Assembly: GCA_963847445.1 (NCBI GenBank)
Contig: CAWJZV010000007.1
Span: 128,001 to 192,000, forward strand
DNA length: 64,000 bases
Source: an uncultured delta proteobacterium
GTDB taxonomy: Bacteria; Desulfobacterota; Binatia; UBA9968
Direction of reading: 5' to 3'
Below the pieces are notes generated by a model that searched no databases, was not told where the DNA came from, and saw only the letters and a program-made list of their open reading frames with translations. Each line of letters opens with the position of its first letter. The stretch's first letter is position 1. Of the stretch, positions 21,432 through 32,672 are shown in pieces. Position numbers and translations under genes: made by a program.

Positions 21432-22976
21432 CTAGCTCGGCTTGATTAGACCGGCGCGAAGAATTTTCCCGACCGCGCTTTTCGGTAGGCTTGCGGCGAA
21501 CTCAATGTCGTGAGGGATTTTATACGGGGCGATTTGTCCGCGCAGGCTTTCGCGGATGGATTGGGCGAAATCAGCCGACGGTTTGTAGCCGTCGGCCAAG
21601 ACCACGACGGCGTGAATCCTATTGCCGATATCGCTATCGGGTATCGGCACGACCGCGGCTTCGATGATCGCGGGGTGCTTCTGCAGGGCGTTTTCGATTT
21701 CGGTCGGGGATATGAAAATGCCGCGGCTCTTGAAGCAGTCGTCGCGCCGGCCGGCTATGTAGAAGTAGCCTTCGCTGTCCTGATAGGCGAGATCGCCGGT
21801 GAGATACCAGCCGTTTCGAATCACCGCCTCGGTTCGCTCCGGGTCTTTGTAATAACCGAGAAACAGTCCCGGATCCGAGGTCGAAATCGCAAACTGGCCG
21901 AGCTCGCCGCCGACCACGGGTTTAAACTCGTCGTCGAGAATCGCCACGCCGACTCCCGGAAGTTGTTTGCCGACCGATCCCGGTTTAACCGGATCTCTCA
22001 CGCCGTTGCCGATCACCAGTTGGTATTCGGATACCCCGTAGTGCTCGTACAATTCAGAACCGACCCGCCGCTTCCATTCCGCATAGGTCGCCTCGCGCAG
22101 AGCCTCGCCCGTCGAGTGGGAACAGCGCAGGCTTGTTAGATCGTGCTGCTTCTCGAACTCGGGCATCGCGAGCAGGCGGCGATAAATCGTCGCGACGCAA
22201 TGGAGCACGGTGACTTTGAACCTCTCGACAGCAGTCAAAACGTTTTCCGCTGTGGCGCGGCCGGGAAGGATCGCACCGGTGACCCCGTTGCGCAGCGGGA
22301 AAAGCAAATTGTGGCCCAGGGCGCTGATAAAGCTCCATTCGCCAGTGGCCATGACCACGTCGTTCTCCTGCGGCGGCAAACGGTAGCGGTTCAAATCACC
22401 GAGTGCGACAATCCAGCGATGGGCATGAACGATACCTTTGGGTTTGCCGGTCGTTCCGGAGGTGTAAACGATGAAAGCGGGCTCGTCGCTGCGCGTATCG
22501 GCCGAAACCACGGCCGTGGAAGACTTTGTCTCCAACCTTGCGAATGGAATTTCACTCCCGTCCGCTTCGCCGGCGCAAACGACGTGCTTGAACAAAGTCG
22601 CTGCCGCGCAGTTCGCGCACGGCGTCATGGCGCGATACTTCGGTGAAGATTAATCGCGGTCTGGTTTGCTCGAGCACGGCGGCCAGCTCGACTGCGGTAA
22701 GCAGAGAGTTGACCAGAACGGGAATCACGCCGAGCTTGACCGCTGCGAGAAACGCGACGGCAAACTCCGGCGAGTTGCTCATCTTGATGAGCACGAGATC
22801 GCCGCGCTGCAATCCCAGATCGAGCAAGCCGGCGGCCACGTGAATCGACCCGTTGCTGCAACGATTCGTAAGTGACGACTCCGAACTCGCCGACGAGCGC
22901 GATCCGCGCACCGCAACCGCGCGCGATCGGATCGTCGAGCACATTCGTGCGCGAGATTCAATTTTTCCGGCGCCAC
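21432..22976 (-). CDS. Acyl/aryl-CoA ligase (benzoate-CoA ligase-like); frameshifts near 22630 and 22840-22950
   Basis: YTSGTTGKPKG, YGVSE, WYLTGD, GRRDD, LPKSAVGK. Confidence 0.88.
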
Positions 22977-23019
22977 GCGATAGTTGTCCGCGCTGATTGG
23001 AGGAAGAGTCGATCACCGG

Positions 23020-23934
23020 CTATTTCTTGGGTTTCTTTGCCGGGCCTTTTTTCGGAAACGGCCAGTCGGCATCGTAGGGATAGGTATAGCGCGGCGGGCG
23101 CTTTTCCACGAAGGCGCGCATGCCCTCTTGGCAGTCTTTGGTTCGGGTGATTTCCAGCACGGCATCGAGCTCCTGCTGATAACCTTCGTCGGTGCGATTC
23201 CAGTTCCAGTACATTTTCACCAGCCGTTTGGCTTGCCGCACGGACAAATAGGGATTTGCCGCGATGCGCCCGGCAAGAGCGAACGCGGTATCGAGAAGCT
23301 TGGCCGCCGGCACGACTTCTTCGACCAGACCGATGCGCAATGCTTCTTTGGCGTCGATGATCTCACCGGTGAGAATCAGACGCATCGCTCGACCGATGCC
23401 GATCAACTTGGGCAAATTGCGCGCGCCGCCGCTTTCGGGCACGAAGCCGGCCGGCACCGCCACTTCGCCGAAGCGCGCGCGATCCGAGGCGATGCGCATG
23501 TCGCACAGCGTCGCCATCTCGAGACCGACGCCGACCGCCGGGCCGTTGATGGCGGCGATCGTCACTTGCGGTAAATCTTCGAGCTTGCGCATGGCGCTCT
23601 GCAACACCCGGTGGCGCAGATCGTTGAAAAAGTACTCGGCCATCTCCTTGTACGGGCCAGTGATACCCATGGAACCTTCGAAGGCGCCGAGCACGTCGCC
23701 TTCCGACTTGAGATCGCCGCCGGCGCAAAAGCCCCGCCCTTCGCCGGTCAGAATCACGACCTTGACGATGGAGTTGCGCGCGATCTCGCTGCATAAGGCA
23801 TCGAGCTCCAGGCGCATGAGCGGGTCGACGGCGTTGAGTCTCTCCGGGCGATTCAAGGCGATGACGCCGATGCACGGTTCGCCGGGGTTATTAGGGTTGT
23901 CGTGCACCGACCATTTGAGCGCTTTGTAATCCAT
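23020..23934 (-). CDS. Enoyl-CoA hydratase/isomerase family protein
   Basis: LNRPERLNA, FCAGGDL, AINGPAVGVGLE. Confidence 0.92.
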   Translation of the reverse strand: MDYKALKWSVHDNPNNPGEPCIGVIALNRPERLNAVDPLMRLELDALCSEIARNSIVKVVILTGEGRGFCAGGDLKSEGDVLGAFEGSMGITGPYKEMAEYFFNDLRHRVLQSAMRKLEDLPQVTIAAINGPAVGVGLEMATLCDMRIASDRARFGEVAVPAGFVPESGGARNLPKLIGIGRAMRLILTGEIIDAKEALRIGLVEEVVPAAKLLDTAFALAGRIAANPYLSVRQAKRLVKMYWNWNRTDEGYQQELDAVLEITRTKDCQEGMRAFVEKRPPRYTYPYDADWPFPKKGPAKKPKK

Positions 23935-24111
23935 CGAGGGCTCCTGCGGACGATTGATAGAGTGCGTCGATCTTTTCGACCACGTGACATCCCCTTGGCA
24001 AAGAGAGATCGACGGGAATTGCGGGTTACCCCGGTGAGCGAAAATCCCTCTACCTGCCGTCATCAAGCGGCGAGATCGATTTAGATGCTCGAAGCACCCG
24101 TTCGAAACTTC

Positions 24112-25791
24112 TTATTTCTTTTTCTGCTGGCCGTAATAAGAAGTGTTGACCGCGACTTCGTCGGTGCGTTTTCGTTCGCGGGCAATCTTTTCGCCGGTCT
24201 GCCAGAACTCGCCGGCGACGGCGAGCTTCGCCTCCTCGTCAAGCTCCGGATTCCAATCGCCGAGCGAGTAGCCGTACCAGGGCGATTCGGGCTCCAATTT
24301 CGGCAACTCGAGCCTCTCCCAGAGTTTGCGCGCGCGCTCCATGTACTCCTTCTTCGGCAAAGAAATCGGCGGAAACGTTTCTTTCAACGTCGCATCCCAG
24401 AGCAAACAGGAATCGTCGGCGCCGCCGCGCGCGTCATGGCGCGGCGCATGACCGACATCGGTGCCGCGGATGATTTGCACGTCGCGGTGCGGTTGCGAGC
24501 GGTAGCCGAGCGCCCAGAACACCGCATCGAGATTCTCGGGATCGATATCATCGTCGACGGCGATGACGATCTTCGACATCGACGGGCGAAAAGTGACCGC
24601 GGCCATCAAGGCACGCCAGACCTCGGCCTGGCTCGGCTGGCGCATCTGAATCACCGTCAGCTTCTGCGTCGCCGTCAGCGGCTCGTGCAGCATCACCCGG
24701 GTCACGCAGTTGATGCCGAGAACGTTTTTCAGATGATCGAGATAGAGCGGCTCGTAGGCCATCTTCTTGATCACGCTCGACTCCGACGGCGTCACCTGGC
24801 TGATGATCGAGCAGAGAATGGCTTTTTTGCGCCGCGTGATCGCGGTGACTTCCATGTAGGGATTGTATTCCTTCGGGTTGACGTGGCCATGGGATTCGCC
24901 GAACGGCGCTTCCGGCTCGAGATATTCCGTCGAAACAAAACCTTCGATGATGATCTCCGCGTCGGCGGGAACCATCAGCGGCACGGTCTTCGCCTTGACG
25001 ACACGGATCGGCGCTTTCACGAGTCCGCCGGCGACCGCGAACTCATCGACGTCGTAAGCAAGCTTTTGCGCGGCAACATAAGAGATCGCCGGCACGCCGC
25101 CGATGCACAGCGCCGCCGGCATCTTTTCCTTGCGCGCGCGATACTTTTCCCAATGCACATAGATACCTTGGCCCAATTCCAGCGAAGGATTACAGCCGAC
25201 CCGGTCGCGCGCCTTGATCATCGCCCGGTAGGTGCCGATGTTGTGAATCCCGCTGTCGGGATCTTTGGTAATGTAGTGCGCTGCGCTGATGTAGGGCGCG
25301 TTGTCCCAACCCGGCGTCGAGATCGGCACCGGAATACCATCGAGTCCCCGGCCGGGTTCTTTCAGCTCGTCGCCGGCAATGACGATCTCGTGCACCGGCG
25401 CCGCCTCGGAAGGAATCTCGACCGGCGGGACCGGATTCGCTTTCGCTTGCGCCCAGAGCTGGTTGACTTTTGTCGGATCGGTGCCGAGACCAATGCCGTA
25501 GATCCGCCGGTTCGCCGCCAGAATGCCGATGGCGACCGGAATATCGTAGCGCTTGCCGCTAGCGTCCACCGGCTGTTCGAACAAGAACGCCTTGCGGTCT
25601 TTCTCTTTGATGCCGCCGCGAAATTGCCAGCGCACCAACGGATGCATCTCCTGGTCTTTGTCCACCGGCTCGTCGATCCGTATCAGCAAGCCCTCTCTTT
25701 CGAGTTGCTCCAAGTGATCGTGCAGATCGGGATACCCGCGCGCCGGAATGCTTGATGCCTTCTCCGCCACTGCTAATTTCTTTTTCGCCAT
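24112..25791 (-). CDS. UbiD family (prFMN-dependent) decarboxylase
   Basis: NIGTYR, EAPFGESHG, AVDDDIDP. Confidence 0.92.
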   Translation of the reverse strand: MAKKKLAVAEKASSIPARGYPDLHDHLEQLEREGLLIRIDEPVDKDQEMHPLVRWQFRGGIKEKDRKAFLFEQPVDASGKRYDIPVAIGILAANRRIYGIGLGTDPTKVNQLWAQAKANPVPPVEIPSEAAPVHEIVIAGDELKEPGRGLDGIPVPISTPGWDNAPYISAAHYITKDPDSGIHNIGTYRAMIKARDRVGCNPSLELGQGIYVHWEKYRARKEKMPAALCIGGVPAISYVAAQKLAYDVDEFAVAGGLVKAPIRVVKAKTVPLMVPADAEIIIEGFVSTEYLEPEAPFGESHGHVNPKEYNPYMEVTAITRRKKAILCSIISQVTPSESSVIKKMAYEPLYLDHLKNVLGINCVTRVMLHEPLTATQKLTVIQMRQPSQAEVWRALMAAVTFRPSMSKIVIAVDDDIDPENLDAVFWALGYRSQPHRDVQIIRGTDVGHAPRHDARGGADDSCLLWDATLKETFPPISLPKKEYMERARKLWERLELPKLEPESPWYGYSLGDWNPELDEEAKLAVAGEFWQTGEKIARERKRTDEVAVNTSYYGQQKKK

Positions 25792-25896
25792 GACACCTTG
25801 CTCTAAGGAATTTTCAATCGTTCGCAGCCTATAACAATTATTTTTTTCGGTAAAGGCGAGGACCATGAGTTTAGCCACACCTAACTGAACGATGAG

Positions 25897-25946
25897 GGGG
25901 GCGAGATTTGCACTGCGACAAATGTGTTACCGCGAGACCTGATCCC
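25897..25946 (+). repeat. RAYT-end-derived hairpin, copy 3
   Basis: GGGGGCGAGATTTGCACTGCGACAAATGTGTTACCGCGAGACCTGATCCC. Confidence 0.75.
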
Positions 25947-26117
25947 AATGTTTTCCTTGCTCGGCCGCTCGATAGCATGGTGCGCCAGCGCGAATATCGG
26001 CGTTGCACGTCAACAACCTGGAGCGTTCAAGGAGATCTTTCCTGGAGCAGCCGTGACCCCGAAGGTTCGCGTAGCCAAAGCTCGCCACCTGTGGCATCTT
26101 GGTCTATAGTCAATGCC

Positions 26118-27594
26118 ATGAAACACGCGATGGATCCTGAAGGCCAACGACTGCCGATCAAACTGGATACGACTTCGAACGGAGAATTTGTCCCCGTTCC
26201 GCTCTCGCCGGCCAATCGCGCCGCCAACCGCATGGCACACGAAGCGGCGAGTCAAAACGCCAAGCGCTTGGCTGTGAGTCGTCGCGATTTTCTTATCTCC
26301 GCTTGCGGCGCGGCGAGCACGCTGCTGGCGTTCAATGCGGCAAACGCCGCGGTGGGGAAGCGCGGCGGTTTCTTCCAACTCGAGGCCGAGGCTGCCCTCG
26401 AGCCGCAGCTCGCGCAGGCGAGGATCGGCGGCAAGGGTGAGTTTATCTTCGACGTGCAGGGGCACTTCGTCGATCCAACCGGGGCTTGGGTCAAAGCAGC
26501 GCCTGCCGATGCTTTCAAATGGTCGCCCAAAGCCGGCTGCGCTCTCGCCGCCAAACCCGATGCGCGCAGTTATCTCAACTGCCTCGGCCCCGAGGAATTC
26601 GTCAAGGACGTGTTTCTCGACAGCGATACCGACATGATGGTGCTCTCGTTCGTGCCGTCGCGCCGTGATTCCGAACCGCTCACGATCCAGGCCGCGGACG
26701 CGGTGCGCCGCATTGTCGACCGCATGGAAGGCTCGCATCGCCTGCTGGTGCACGGCCGGGTAAACCCCAATCAGCCTGGCGATCTCGAAACAATGGACGA
26801 GCTGAAAGAACGCTGGAAGGTGAGCGCGTGGAAGACCTATACCCAGTGGGGCGTCGATGGCAAGGGTTTCTTTCTATCTGACGCCATCGGCACGCGCTTC
26901 ATCGAGAAGGCGCGCGCGCTCGGCGTCAAAGTGATCTGCGTGCACAAGGGACTGCCCTTCGGCAAACAATCCTACGAGCATAGCCAGTGCAGCGACATTG
27001 GAGTTGTTGCCAAGCGCTTCCCCGACGTGAGTTTCCTCGTCTATCATTCGGGTTTCGTGAGCGGCGTCCCGGAGCGCGCTTACACCGGGCGCGGTGCCAG
27101 CGACGGCATCGATACCCTGATCCGATCGCTGGTCGAGAACGACGTCAAACCCAACAGCAACGTTTACGCCGAGCTCGGCAGCACCTGGCGCTTCCTGATG
27201 CGCGACCCCGATGGCGCAGCGCATGCGCTTGGCAAACTCCTTAAACATTGCGGCGAGGACAACCTGCTCTGGGGCACCGACTCCATATGGTACGGCTCGC
27301 CGCAGGATCAGATCCAGGCGTTTCGCACTTTTCAGATCGCGCGCCGAATTGCGCGCCAAGCACGGCTATCCCGAGATCACCCCGGCGCTACGCGCGAAGA
27401 TCTTCGGGCTGAACGCAACGCGGCCCTACGGCATCAGCGCCGACGAAGTAAAGAAGCGCGCTTCCAGCGATCATGTCGCGCGGGAGCGTCTCGCCTACCG
27501 CGAGCGCCCCGAACCGCACTATCTCACCTACGGACCCAAAACCCGGAGGGAATTTTTGAACCTGCTGCGCTGGAATGGCGGCTCGCGCGCCTAG
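26118..27594 (+). CDS. Amidohydrolase_2 family protein with internal twin-arginine segment; frameshift near 27340
   Basis: DVQGHF, ICVHKG, VYHSG, WGTDSIWYGSPQ, SRRDFL. Confidence 0.88.
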
Positions 27595-27667
27595 CAGCTT
27601 TTGCCGGAAAATCGAACCGCCGCTTACGTTGTTTAGCGCTCATCGCAATAAACCAACAGCCTGGCAT

Positions 27668-28210
27668 ATGAACCCTCTGCTTTCCCGAACGGCGAAGTAC
27701 GTCGCGGTGCTCGTAATCATTACGTTGACCGCGACGTACTTTTACTTCAGGTTCATTGGCTGGAGCCATCCATTTGCCAAGTTGATCGGTGCTTATAGGT
27801 ATCACGTTGTTACACTCGGGGATTATGTCCGATACAAGCGAGATCCAAAACGCTTTAATAATGATTCTTCGGCAGCCCTGAGCTTTGATTGCGAGCGAAT
27901 CCGAGACGATTTCGTCAAGCTGACTCAATCGATAATCTCACCAGAGCTATCGACATCAACAGAGACAATCGTTTCGCGGGAAGGCAGCACCCTTCATCTT
28001 GGCGATCCCAGCGTGTCTGGCAGTGAAGCATTTGCCGCGTGGAAGAGCCAAGCAATCAATCTAGCTACGATCCAGCACCCAAACGAGGCGGGCCACTACG
28101 GGACTGTGCTGCAAGCTCTGTTTACATCTATCAGGTTACACGGACGCAATGCGGATGAAGAGTTTAGCGTCGATACCAAAAGAGGCAGTAAATTTGATGC
28201 ATGTGGGTGA
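27668..28210 (+). CDS. Membrane-anchored hypothetical protein, probably 3'-truncated by the RAYT stub
   Basis: N-terminal TM helix, lower GC, ends next to the RAYT fragment. Confidence 0.5.
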   Translation: MNPLLSRTAKYVAVLVIITLTATYFYFRFIGWSHPFAKLIGAYRYHVVTLGDYVRYKRDPKRFNNDSSAALSFDCERIRDDFVKLTQSIISPELSTSTETIVSREGSTLHLGDPSVSGSEAFAAWKSQAINLATIQHPNEAGHYGTVLQALFTSIRLHGRNADEEFSVDTKRGSKFDACG

Positions 28211-28224
28211 GCCACATTCACCCG

Positions 28225-28492
28225 CCGCCGGGGTCGACACCAGTAGATGGTAATGGTTGCTCAAAAAGCAGTAGGCATGGATCTCAATTTTCCAGAGCCG
28301 GGCGATCTCGGCCAGTAAGTCGAGAAAAGTTTGCCGTCCTTTTATCTTCAAGAAAGATGTCCCGGCGCGATTTGGCCACGATTGATCACGTGGTAGAACG
28401 CCCCGCGGTATTCAATACGCAGCGGTCGGGCCATGCGGATCGTTTATTTCATGCCCGGTCGTAGGTCAAAAGCTAAACCTAGACTTGACCCC
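28225..28492 (-). mobile_element. 5' stub of RAYT family B with terminal AGACTTGACCCC
   Basis: MARPLRIEYRGAFYHVINRG...HAYCFLSNHYHLLVSTP; ATG at 28434. Confidence 0.88.
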
Positions 28493-28570
28493 GTAAATCG
28501 CCTGCGATTAACGTGACGCGAACCATGAGTTGTCATCCTTCCTAACCTTGCAGCTATAAATCGCTGCGGG

Positions 28571-28817
28571 TCAATTCCCCGCAGCTTGCTGTGCAATGGT
28601 GAATTCTTACGCCGTCATTCCCGCACGCTTCTAGCGGGAATCCAGGCGAACTCTGACTGAACCCCCGATAATAACATTCGGGGGTGACACCTTTGAGATA
28701 AGATCTCGTCGCCGGGTTCTGATACTCCACTGCTTGCGGCGGGGTTCTTCATTCGAGCATGCGTACCCCTCCGATTCTCTCCCCTGGTTTGACGGGGGAG
28801 AGTTAGAGAGGGGGCCG
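28571..28817. repeat. Nested palindromic repeat cluster
   Basis: CCCCGCAGCTTGCTG...TGCTTGCGGCGGGG ends enclose GTCATTCCCGC..GCGGGAATCC and ACCCCCGA..TCGGGGGT hairpins, followed by CTCTCCCC..GGGGAGAG. Confidence 0.75.
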
Positions 28818-28865
28818 ATACGAAAATTTAAACGCTATCCTTTGACAACCGACCGCTGCCGTTTG

Positions 28866-29642
28866 CTACTTATGAAACTCTTTCGTACCTGCATAAGCGC
28901 GCGGATTGACCAGCGCATGCTCTTCTTGCATGAGCCAGGCGATCTCGGCGGCCAGCGGTACGCTCGCCGCTTCCATAGAAGAATGCGCCGCCATCTTGCA
29001 GTATTTCAGGGTGACTTTGTCGAACTGGCCGATCTCTTCGCCCCACTTCCATGCTTCGTCCTGGAGCTTCTCGTGCGGCACGACGCGGTTGATCAAGCCG
29101 GATGCCATGGAACGCTGCGCGTCCCAATTTTCCCCGGTGAGGATCAACTCGAAAGCGAACTTGGTAGGAATCAGCGTTTTGAACATCGTCGCGATGATCG
29201 GGTAGGGCAAGAAACCGCGCTTGATTTCCGGCAAACCGAACTGCGCTTTGTCCGACGCGATCGCGAGATCGTGCGGCAAGAGCAAGGTGATGCCCGCGCC
29301 GAGGCAGAAACCGTTCACCACCGCGATCGTGACCTTGGGAAAAGTCCGTACCACTTCGGCGACGTGATAAGCGCGCGGCTCCGCGCGCCGGTCCGTGCCG
29401 CGGTTTCTGCCGCCCTCGGTGGGAAACTCCGATAAATCCCGTCCCGCGCAGTAAGCCACGTCACCCGCGCCCGTGGTCAAAACCACGGCGATGTCGTCAT
29501 TGTGACGCAGCTCTTCGAACACAGACAATATTTCCCGGATCACATCGCGGCTCAGCGCGTTTCTTTTCTCCGGCCGATTGATCGTGACCTTCGCCACCGC
29601 CCCGCGCGTTTCCAACAACGTATACTTGCCTTCCTTGATCAT
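28866..29642 (-). CDS. Enoyl-CoA hydratase family, hydroxycinnamoyl-CoA hydratase-lyase-like
   Basis: INRPEKRNALS, IAVVNGFCLGAG, FGLPEI (only the second catalytic Glu present). Confidence 0.85.
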   Translation of the reverse strand: MIKEGKYTLLETRGAVAKVTINRPEKRNALSRDVIREILSVFEELRHNDDIAVVLTTGAGDVAYCAGRDLSEFPTEGGRNRGTDRRAEPRAYHVAEVVRTFPKVTIAVVNGFCLGAGITLLLPHDLAIASDKAQFGLPEIKRGFLPYPIIATMFKTLIPTKFAFELILTGENWDAQRSMASGLINRVVPHEKLQDEAWKWGEEIGQFDKVTLKYCKMAAHSSMEAASVPLAAEIAWLMQEEHALVNPRAYAGTKEFHK

Positions 29643-29757
29643 GAACGAATCCTCTTTCCGCTTGCTAAAGTTTATACGCGAATAACACCGCAATTTTTTC
29701 CGGTCAACTACCGCGCTCGCTTGAAACCGGACGACGACTCGGATAAGGCGATGAGCT

Positions 29758-30606
29758 ATGGATTCCGAACTCAAACAAGTAAGTCGATCCGTTTACGCCG
29801 TCATCGGTCCCGAAGGCTCGACGAACTTCGGCATCGTCAAAGGAGGAGACGACAGCGCCGTGCTCATCGACGCTGACATCCGGCGCATCGACGAGGTCGA
29901 AGAGGCGCTGGAGTTGACCGGCTGTTCCAAAGTTTGCTATCTCATCGATACCCACGAGCACTTCGACCACACCTCGGCAAACTTTTATTTCGCCCAACGC
30001 GGCATACCGATCGTCGCCAGCGCCGGCACCGCAGGGGCCATGCGAGAAGAAGGCGGACCGGACTTCGAACGCATGATGAAGCCCGTGCCGGAGTTATACG
30101 CGCGCTTTCCGGGCCTCTGCTTGACCTTGCCGGATGTTCTGTTCACCGACTCCACTAAAGTGACGCTGCCGGGCGTGACGTTGCATCTCAAGTATTGCGC
30201 CGAGAACGGCCACAGTCACAGCAAAGGCGACACGACGATCTATTTCGAAGAGGAAGAGATTCTAATCGCCGGCGACCTGCTTTACACCGAAGTGCACCCG
30301 GTAACCTTTTTCGGCAACATTCCCAACTGGCTGACCGCCTTGAAACCGCTCTTCGACAGCCATTACAAGAAGTTGGTGCCGGGCCACGGTCCGACCGTAG
30401 AGGGCGAACAGGCCGGCCGGGCCTATTTCAAAAGAATGCACGACTATCTCGAGGATTTTTACGGCCACCTGCAGGAAATCAAAGCGGGCAGCAAGAGCAC
30501 GGACGAGGTAGCCAAGCACATGCTCGGCGGCGCCTACGCGTCTTTCGGCAAGACGCGCATGGTTCAGCGAAACATCAATCACTATCTGACCGGAAGGTGG
30601 TTTTAA
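29758..30606 (+). CDS. MBL-fold metallo-hydrolase (cyclase-like)
   Basis: THEHFDH, HSKGD, AGDL, VPGHG. Confidence 0.9.
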   Translation: MDSELKQVSRSVYAVIGPEGSTNFGIVKGGDDSAVLIDADIRRIDEVEEALELTGCSKVCYLIDTHEHFDHTSANFYFAQRGIPIVASAGTAGAMREEGGPDFERMMKPVPELYARFPGLCLTLPDVLFTDSTKVTLPGVTLHLKYCAENGHSHSKGDTTIYFEEEEILIAGDLLYTEVHPVTFFGNIPNWLTALKPLFDSHYKKLVPGHGPTVEGEQAGRAYFKRMHDYLEDFYGHLQEIKAGSKSTDEVAKHMLGGAYASFGKTRMVQRNINHYLTGRWF

Positions 30607-31092
30607 GTGAACTTGTCCTTGATTCGATGTCACACTTTCCGCGGCGGATTGTCCGAACAAGAGTTCCCTTTCCGCATTGCCAGAAACGAGGGATTGAAAG
30701 TCCTAGAGAAATTCGACGTAGCCACTCCCGGCGGTGGGATCAACACCACCGCGACTCTGCTTAAGCAGAACCGCAAGCTGGTGATCAATTTTCTCAAAGG
30801 CTATATGGAAGGCATCCACTTCATGATCCATCAGTAGCACGAAAGCCTGAAAATCTTGCAGAGATATTTTCAAAACTCCGAAAGGCCGCCATGAGCTATC
30901 TTTACGACGAAACCACCGCGCCGCCTGGAGAATGACTCCGCGCCAATCCCGAGTCGATCCGCATTCACCTGGACATGGCCGCACTCGACGATCCCCGCGC
31001 CACGAAGTTTTCCGAAAAAGACTTCTGGGATTCAACCGTCGTGGAAGAGATTCGCCGCTCCGGCTTTATCGACCAGCTGTACAAAAAATAGG
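30607..31092 (+). pseudogene. Orphan, degraded 3' half of an ABC substrate-binding protein gene
   Basis: NRKLVINFLKGYMEGIHF* then DFWDSTVVEEIRRSGFIDQLYKK*; in-frame stop and frameshifts. Confidence 0.75.
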
Positions 31093-31101
31093 AGATCAAT
31101 C

Positions 31102-32670
31102 GTGGGCTACTATCTCAATCTTAGTCAGTATATCCAAACTTTAGAAAGCCGAGACAAGCTCTTTCGCATCCAACGTGAAGTGAGCCGCGAGACCGAGCTT
31201 CACCCTTTAGTGCGTTGGCAATTCCGCGGTCTACCGGAGAGCGAGCGAAGGGCTTTTCTATTCGAGAACGTCGCCAGCGTGGGCGGCCGTAAGTACAAAA
31301 TGTCGGTTCTCTCCGGGGCCTGTGCCTCGTCGCGAGCTATTTACGCCCTTGGCATGGGTTGCCAAGAGGATGAGATTTTCGCTCGCTGGCTCAATGCTCA
31401 AAAAAATCCTATCGACCCCGTTGTCGTGCCGGAAGGACCAGTTCAGGAAATTGAAATCGACAGCAATCTCGACGACGCCGTCGACGCGATTCCCGTGCCA
31501 CTGGGCAATCCCGGTTTCGACAGCTCTCTGCGCCTGACCGCAGCGCTCTGGGTCACCAGCGATCCGGAGACCGGGCAGCGAAACGTGGGCATTTACAGCG
31601 GCTACATTCGTAAAGGCGGGCGAATTTCCGTGGGTCTCGGCGCCGGCAAGGATTCACGAATTCACTTGGACAAAGCGCGGGAGAAAGGCGTGCCGCTCAA
31701 AGCTGCCGTGGTCATCGGGCCAATGCCGAATCTCATTTACGCGGCGGCATCGACTTTTCCTTACGGCGTCGATGAATATGCAGTCGCCGGAGCAATCGCG
31801 GGCAAGCCGCTAGAGTTGGTTCGCTGCCGCACCGCCGAGATTTACGTCCCCGCGCAAGCTGAAATGATTCTCGAAGGCGAGATCTCACCCGACGAGATGG
31901 ACCACAACTGGCCGTTCGGAGAATTCTCCGGATACATGGCCGGCCGCGGCAAGTATCCGCGTTTTATCGTCAAACATATTACGCACCGCAAGAACCCCAT
32001 TCTACTCGATCTCGTAGCGGCCCATCCGCCCTGCGAAGGAAGCAAGCTCAAACAGATCGCCACGGAAGCGATCTTCTACTACGGACTCAAAGAAAGCATC
32101 GGTATGAGCGGTGTCAAGCAAGTTGCGATTCACGAAGAGAGCGGCGGCTGGGGGCTATTCGTCATCCAGCTCAAAGCGCGCCAACCCGCCCATGCCTGGC
32201 AGGCATTGAATTCCGCCGCGAGCTTAACGCCGGGTATCGGCAAAATGTTCATCGTCGTCGACGAAGACATCGATCCACACGATTTGGACGCGGTAATGTG
32301 GGCGATGGTTTTTCGCGTCCAGCCGCATCGCGATATTCAAACCGTGACCGGGAGGCGGCCGATGATGGATCCCTCGGCAGTGTCACCGGCGCAGCCGGGC
32401 TGGCATCACCATTACCCTGAGCCGCACGGCTCGTCCGCGTTGCTCATCAACGCCCTCAGAAAATGGAACTACCCGCCCGTAGCATTGCCCGCCAAAGAAT
32501 ACATGGAGAGCGCCCGGCGGTTATGGGAAGAACTGGAATTGCCGCCTTTAAAACCGAAATCGCCTTGGCATGGCTACGAACTGGGCCATTGGCCGGAAGA
32601 ATTGCGCAAGGCGGCGGCGGCAGTGGCGGCGGGGCAGGAACCTGAGGAAACTGTCAAAAAGGAGTCGTGA
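31102..32670 (+). CDS. UbiD family protein with atypical active-site residues
   Basis: Paralogue of 24112-25791; GIYSG and HNWPFGEFSGY replace GTYR and ExPFGE. Confidence 0.9.
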   Translation: MGYYLNLSQYIQTLESRDKLFRIQREVSRETELHPLVRWQFRGLPESERRAFLFENVASVGGRKYKMSVLSGACASSRAIYALGMGCQEDEIFARWLNAQKNPIDPVVVPEGPVQEIEIDSNLDDAVDAIPVPLGNPGFDSSLRLTAALWVTSDPETGQRNVGIYSGYIRKGGRISVGLGAGKDSRIHLDKAREKGVPLKAAVVIGPMPNLIYAAASTFPYGVDEYAVAGAIAGKPLELVRCRTAEIYVPAQAEMILEGEISPDEMDHNWPFGEFSGYMAGRGKYPRFIVKHITHRKNPILLDLVAAHPPCEGSKLKQIATEAIFYYGLKESIGMSGVKQVAIHEESGGWGLFVIQLKARQPAHAWQALNSAASLTPGIGKMFIVVDEDIDPHDLDAVMWAMVFRVQPHRDIQTVTGRRPMMDPSAVSPAQPGWHHHYPEPHGSSALLINALRKWNYPPVALPAKEYMESARRLWEELELPPLKPKSPWHGYELGHWPEELRKAAAAVAAGQEPEETVKKES

Positions 32671-32672
32671 AC

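Noticed and set aside
24085-25755. Long antisense ORFs (556 aa here; also 501-1631, 33713-34711, 38048-38920, 51056-51886)
   Set aside because: These are shadow frames opposite well-supported genes in high-GC DNA and have no motifs.
30835-30837. In-frame TAG as pyrrolysine or read-through
   Set aside because: It lies in a 5'-truncated, frameshifted SBP remnant, and no pyl genes are present.
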